In this document: positions 7,457-10,420 of the stretch, piece by piece
Layout of the letters: each line of letters begins with the position of its first letter
Numbering within the stretch: position 1 is the stretch's first letter
From: an uncultured Chroococcidiopsis sp.
Lineage (GTDB): Bacteria > Cyanobacteriota > Cyanobacteriia > Cyanobacteriales > Chroococcidiopsidaceae
Reading direction: 5' to 3'
NCBI GenBank assembly: GCA_964248365.1
Contig: CAXTYC010000067.1
Location: 1-10,420 of the forward strand
DNA length: 10,420 nt
Made by a program: the position numbers and the translations under genes
The notes under the pieces: model-generated
Database searches by the model: none
What the model saw: the letters and a program-made list of their open reading frames with translations, nothing else
Told to the model about the DNA's origin: nothing

Positions 7457-7468
7457 GTTGACAATACC
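7454..7468 (-). repeat. IS6-family terminal IR, the partner of 6534-6548
   Basis: TAAGTTGACAATACC is the reverse complement of GGTATTGTCAACTTA (identical to 7952-7966; 14/15 to 6534-6548). Confidence 0.75.
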
Positions 7469-7660
7469 TTATGTATAGCTCCCCCTAGCAATAATTAAAG
7501 CTACTAGTGGAAAAATCAGTTAATAACTTTTAATAACTTTGTTTCCGCTAGCAGCTTGAGCCGGTAGATTCTCACCCAAATGCTTTTGCTTTTGAGTTAG
7601 GTTCAGAGTCGGACTACTGCTGCTAATGTTACTAGGCTCATGTGAAGGCAGCAAGTCATA

Positions 7661-7867
7661 TTATCTTCTTATTGTATTTTTAACTCTTTTGCAAGAAAGC
7701 TTTTTGCCTAAAAGTCCGGCTTTGTGGCATTTATAAGTTCCTTGTGCCGTCTGCACTATAGTCCGAGGTTTGCGTGCTTCAGCATTGGGAATGGAACAAA
7801 CCAAAGGAACAGCAAACGCAAAACTCATCGCCAAAGGAATAAGAGTAGATCTGATTGTTTTGTTCAT
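7661..7867 (-). CDS. Small secreted cationic peptide precursor (68 aa)
   Basis: MNKTIRS, a hydrophobic stretch and an AEA signal peptidase I motif; predicted 37-aa mature part with 12 K/R, no D/E and 2 Cys. Confidence 0.7.
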   Translation of the reverse strand: MNKTIRSTLIPLAMSFAFAVPLVCSIPNAEARKPRTIVQTAQGTYKCHKAGLLGKKLSCKRVKNTIRR

Positions 7868-7951
7868 AGAAAGCAAAAATCAGTTATCAATTGATACTCT
7901 TAACTTACTCAAGTTAATACCATTTGTCATAATCCTTTAGTCATAACAAAG

Positions 7952-8142
7952 GGTATTGTCAACTTAAAGGAACAGGTGCAAAATTAAGCACTTTTGTGCC
8001 TAGAAAGTAGCGCTCCATGAGATTATGCAGCAAAAACTAGACCAGCAACTTCTTGCCAATCTTCAAATCGTTGGCGCAGTTGTTCTCGGTATCGTTGTGC
8101 GGTGAGTTGATGTTGCTTGGGGTGAAAGTGGTCTCGAACCGG
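7952..8142 (-). mobile_element. Second IS6-family remnant (IR plus transposase 3' end), truncated by the adjacent IS6
   Basis: IR GGTATTGTCAACTTA; minus-strand PVRDHFHPKQHQLTAQRYREQLRQRFEDWQEVAGLVFAA* with stop at 8023-8025, 71 nt from the IR start as in the first copy. Confidence 0.8.
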
Positions 8143-8199
8143 GGCTGTGTCGCAAAAATGCTAGGATTAAAAGCCTGTTTTTCTCTAGCCTTGCTCTAA

Positions 8200-9062
8200 A
8201 TGACTGCTCAATCCCTGTTCAAATGGCGACACTTTCTGCCCGACATCATCTTGGTGAATGTGCGATGGTATTGTCGTTATGCTCTAAGTTAGCGAGATTT
8301 GGAACAAATGATGCAGGAGCCAGGAGTGGAAGTGGATCATTCCACCATAAATCGGTGGGTGTTGAAGTACGCGCTCCTATCTGGATAAGCGAATTCGACC
8401 CTATTTGAACTCGACAAATGATTCATGGAGGGTGGATGAAACTTATATCGAAATCAAAGGGAAGTGGAAATACCTGTACCCTTGCGGTGGATTCAGCCGG
8501 AAACACACAACCCTTCATGCTGAGTGCGAAACGGGATGGCAAAGCGGCGGAACGCTTTTTGCGCAAAGTCTTGGGAGCATCGCACACTCAAACGCCACGA
8601 GTGATCGCGGTGGATAAAAACGCTGCCTATCCCATCGCGCTCAAGAAACTCAAAAAAGACGAAACAAAGTTGAAAGTGGAGACACAATTACGGCAGAGCA
8701 AATATTTAAACAATATCATCGAGCAAGATCATCGGAACGTAAAGCGCATTGTGAACCTGATGATGGGATTTCAATCGTTCAACACGGCAAGGAGGACTTT
8801 GCGAGGAATTGAAGCAATGACTATGATCCGCAAAGGACAAGTGAAAGGAATCAACCAAGGGGACAGTGTATCTCAAGTTCGGAACGTAAAGCGCATTGTG
8901 AACCTGATGATGGGATTTCAATCGTTCAACACGGCAAGGAGGACTTTGCGAGGAATTGAAGCAATGACTATGATCCGCAAAGGACAAGTGAAAGGAATCA
9001 ACCAAGGGGACAGTGTATCTCAAGTGAAGTTTATCAACAAAATCTTTGGAGTTGTTGCTTAA
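8200..9062 (+). pseudogene. IS6-family DDE transposase pseudogene
   Basis: MTAQSLFKWRHF..VRWYCRYALS* (TAG 8290-8292) RDLEQMM..VDHSTINRWV; frameshifts near 8372 and 8480; WRVDETYI, AVDS, VDKNAAY and YLNNIIEQDHR motifs. Confidence 0.92.
8732..9025 (+). repeat. Perfect 147-bp tandem duplication (2 copies, in frame)
   Basis: 8732-8878 equals 8879-9025; the peptide RNVKRIVN...GDSVSQV occurs twice. Confidence 0.95.
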
Positions 9063-9287
9063 AGCAATACGAACCAGACCAGTTCGTTTCTCACTAAAAA
9101 GTTTTTGCGACACAACCTAAAAACGCACACTGGAGGATTGCGGCGGTTTGCTGCGTATTTTGATGGTCAGTCAGGGACGATGCAATCGCTGTATAACTGC
9201 GGCGGAACTCTTAAAGGATTCGAGCTAGGACGCGAACCAACTTAGTACGCTTAAACAAGCAGTAGATTGTTTAACTTCAGCAAATCA

Positions 9288-9315
9288 GTTTTGATATACT
9301 ATGTATATCTAAAAC
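9288..9315. promoter_or_regulatory. Putative mazEF promoter/operator palindrome
   Basis: GTTTT-GATATAC-TAT-GTATATC-T-AAAAC containing a TATACT -10-like box, just upstream of the antitoxin ATG at 9325. Confidence 0.65.
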
Positions 9316-9324
9316 CGTAAAGAC

Positions 9325-9564
9325 ATGAAAGCTCAAATTGGAAAGTGGGGGAATTCGTTAGCTGTAAGGCTCCCCAAGTATGTGACAGAGGAACTGAAAC
9401 TAGAAGTTGCGGATGAAATTGATTGTCGAATTGAATCAGGCTTGATTGTGATTGAATTGCTAAAAAATGACGATGATTTAACCCTAGAAGAATTATTGGC
9501 AATGCCTTTGGAAAAAGAATCGGAGGTTGACTGGGACCAGGCGCAAGGGGAAGAGATTTGGTAG
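9325..9564 (+). CDS. mazE: AbrB/MazE-family antitoxin
   Basis: MKAQIGKWGNSLAVRLPK N-terminus; acidic C-terminus LTLEELL..EVDW...GEEIW. Confidence 0.93.
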   Translation: MKAQIGKWGNSLAVRLPKYVTEELKLEVADEIDCRIESGLIVIELLKNDDDLTLEELLAMPLEKESEVDWDQAQGEEIW

Positions 9565-9893
9565 ATTACATTCCAAATCGTGGACATTTCATCCGGATCA
9601 ACTTTAATCCCCAGGCAGGACATGAGCAAAAGGGCAAGCGGCCTGCACTTGTTGTAAGCCACACCCTATTCAACCAAAAAAGAGGATTTGCTTTTGTCTG
9701 TCCTATTAGTAACACTGAAAGGAAAAACCCTTTTTACATCAAAATTCCTGAAGGCTTGCCTGTTACCGGAGTTATCATGACCGATCAAATGCGATCGCTT
9801 GATTACGCAATAAGACTAGCTGAATTTTTGGGTGAATGCCCAGAACAACTGTTAGTGCTTGCGATCGCAAGAATTAAAAGAATTGTTTTGTGA
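9558..9893 (+). CDS. mazF: PemK/MazF-family endoribonuclease toxin
   Basis: YIPNRG..INFNPQAGHEQKGKRPALVVS..FN..VCPIS..GVIMTDQMRSLD; TTG start overlaps the end of mazE. Confidence 0.93.
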   Translation: MVDYIPNRGHFIRINFNPQAGHEQKGKRPALVVSHTLFNQKRGFAFVCPISNTERKNPFYIKIPEGLPVTGVIMTDQMRSLDYAIRLAEFLGECPEQLLVLAIARIKRIVL

Positions 9894-9930
9894 ACATTTA
9901 GCTATTGCTAATCTAACAAAATTAACTCTA

Positions 9931-10143
9931 ATGGTTTCTGCAAATCACTTCAGTTATCTCAGTACCAATAAACTGGTGGAACAATTTAAATCAGCAACGC
10001 TTCAAGGTAAACCGTCTCAAGAACTCGTAGAAGAATTGGCGCTCCGACCTGGTATCGTATTTATTCAAGCAACAGACTCAACAGAGATAACCTTAGAAAA
10101 GGCTCGTGCTGCCATTCATCAAATCGAACAAAGTACCCAATAA
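9931..10143 (+). CDS. Hypothetical protein (70 aa)
   Basis: ATG at 9931, 37 nt after the mazF stop; protein-like composition, no known motif. Confidence 0.5.
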   Translation: MVSANHFSYLSTNKLVEQFKSATLQGKPSQELVEELALRPGIVFIQATDSTEITLEKARAAIHQIEQSTQ

Positions 10144-10175
10144 TCTGTCAGGGAAATTATTTTTTTTTCGCTAAC

Positions 10176-10205
10176 GCGACTCCTAAAAAAAGGATTAGGG
10201 GTCGC
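10176..10205 (+). terminator. Stem-loop (possible terminator or RBS-occluding hairpin)
   Basis: GCGACTCCTAA..TTAGGGGTCGC, an 11-bp stem with one G-U pair; only a weak U-tract follows. Confidence 0.4.
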
Positions 10206-10208
10206 ATT

Positions 10209-10415
10209 ATGTTACAACTCAATGCAGAACAGTTAGAACTTTTAGAAGCAGATACTTCCCAGTTTCAGCAATACTTTACTGAAGCTCGTTCTAGCTACAA
10301 CTCAAGAAATTCAACCTCAACTAAAACAAATAATGAAAGGCTTCAACTGTTAGTGCAACAAATGCCGATCTGTAAAAAATCCGTTGATGTCGGTAGACTG
10401 AGAGATATGCCCTAA
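10209..10415 (+). CDS. Hypothetical protein (68 aa)
   Basis: ATG-start ORF only; no motif. Confidence 0.3.
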   Translation: MLQLNAEQLELLEADTSQFQQYFTEARSSYNSRNSTSTKTNNERLQLLVQQMPICKKSVDVGRLRDMP

Positions 10416-10420
10416 AAGGG

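Larger units (their letters stand above)
8143..9117 (+). mobile_element. IS6-family insertion sequence, full length but degenerate
   Basis: IRs GGCTGTGTCGCAAAAA (8143-8158) and TTTTTGCGACACAACC (9102-9117), 15/16 match; no target-site duplication seen. Confidence 0.92.

Noticed and set aside
9120..9245. About 41 open codons after the IS6 right end (KTHTGGLRRFAAYFDG...)
   Set aside because: Could be the 3' end of a truncated gene but is not recognisable.
8223..9662. ORFs 8223-8408, 8493-8687, 8706-9113, 9299-9502 and 9333-9662
   Set aside because: Alternate-frame or antisense shadows of the IS6 transposase and mazEF.
1..10420. CRISPR array, tRNA or rRNA
   Set aside because: No regularly spaced repeat-spacer units or cloverleaf/rRNA motifs seen; the recurring 15-mers are IS ends.

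Overview
Cyanobacterial accessory region rich in mobile elements (four HIP1 GCGATCGC octamers). At the left end, on the minus strand, is an IS200/IS605 OMEGA element: an omegaRNA scaffold plus an IsrB/IscB-type RRXRR/PLMP nuclease gene. The gene has a premature TGA and is interrupted at a codon boundary by a group II intron, and a second group II intron sits 74 nt inside the first (a twintron, with matching EBS/IBS pairs visible). The middle holds small genes (membrane protein, TIGR03643 family, CPXCG Cys-rich protein), a 400-aa protein with 83-aa alternating basic/acidic repeats, and a GC-rich frameshifted glutathione S-transferase. Positions 6534-9117 are nested IS remnants (two IS6 3' ends, an IS4/IS50-like fragment, an IS701 fragment, and a degenerate IS6 with a perfect 147-bp tandem duplication). 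Between two IS6 ends lies an intact small gene for a predicted secreted, strongly cationic two-Cys peptide. The right end has an intact mazEF toxin-antitoxin operon and short hypothetical ORFs. All family calls are from motif recognition, not database searches.
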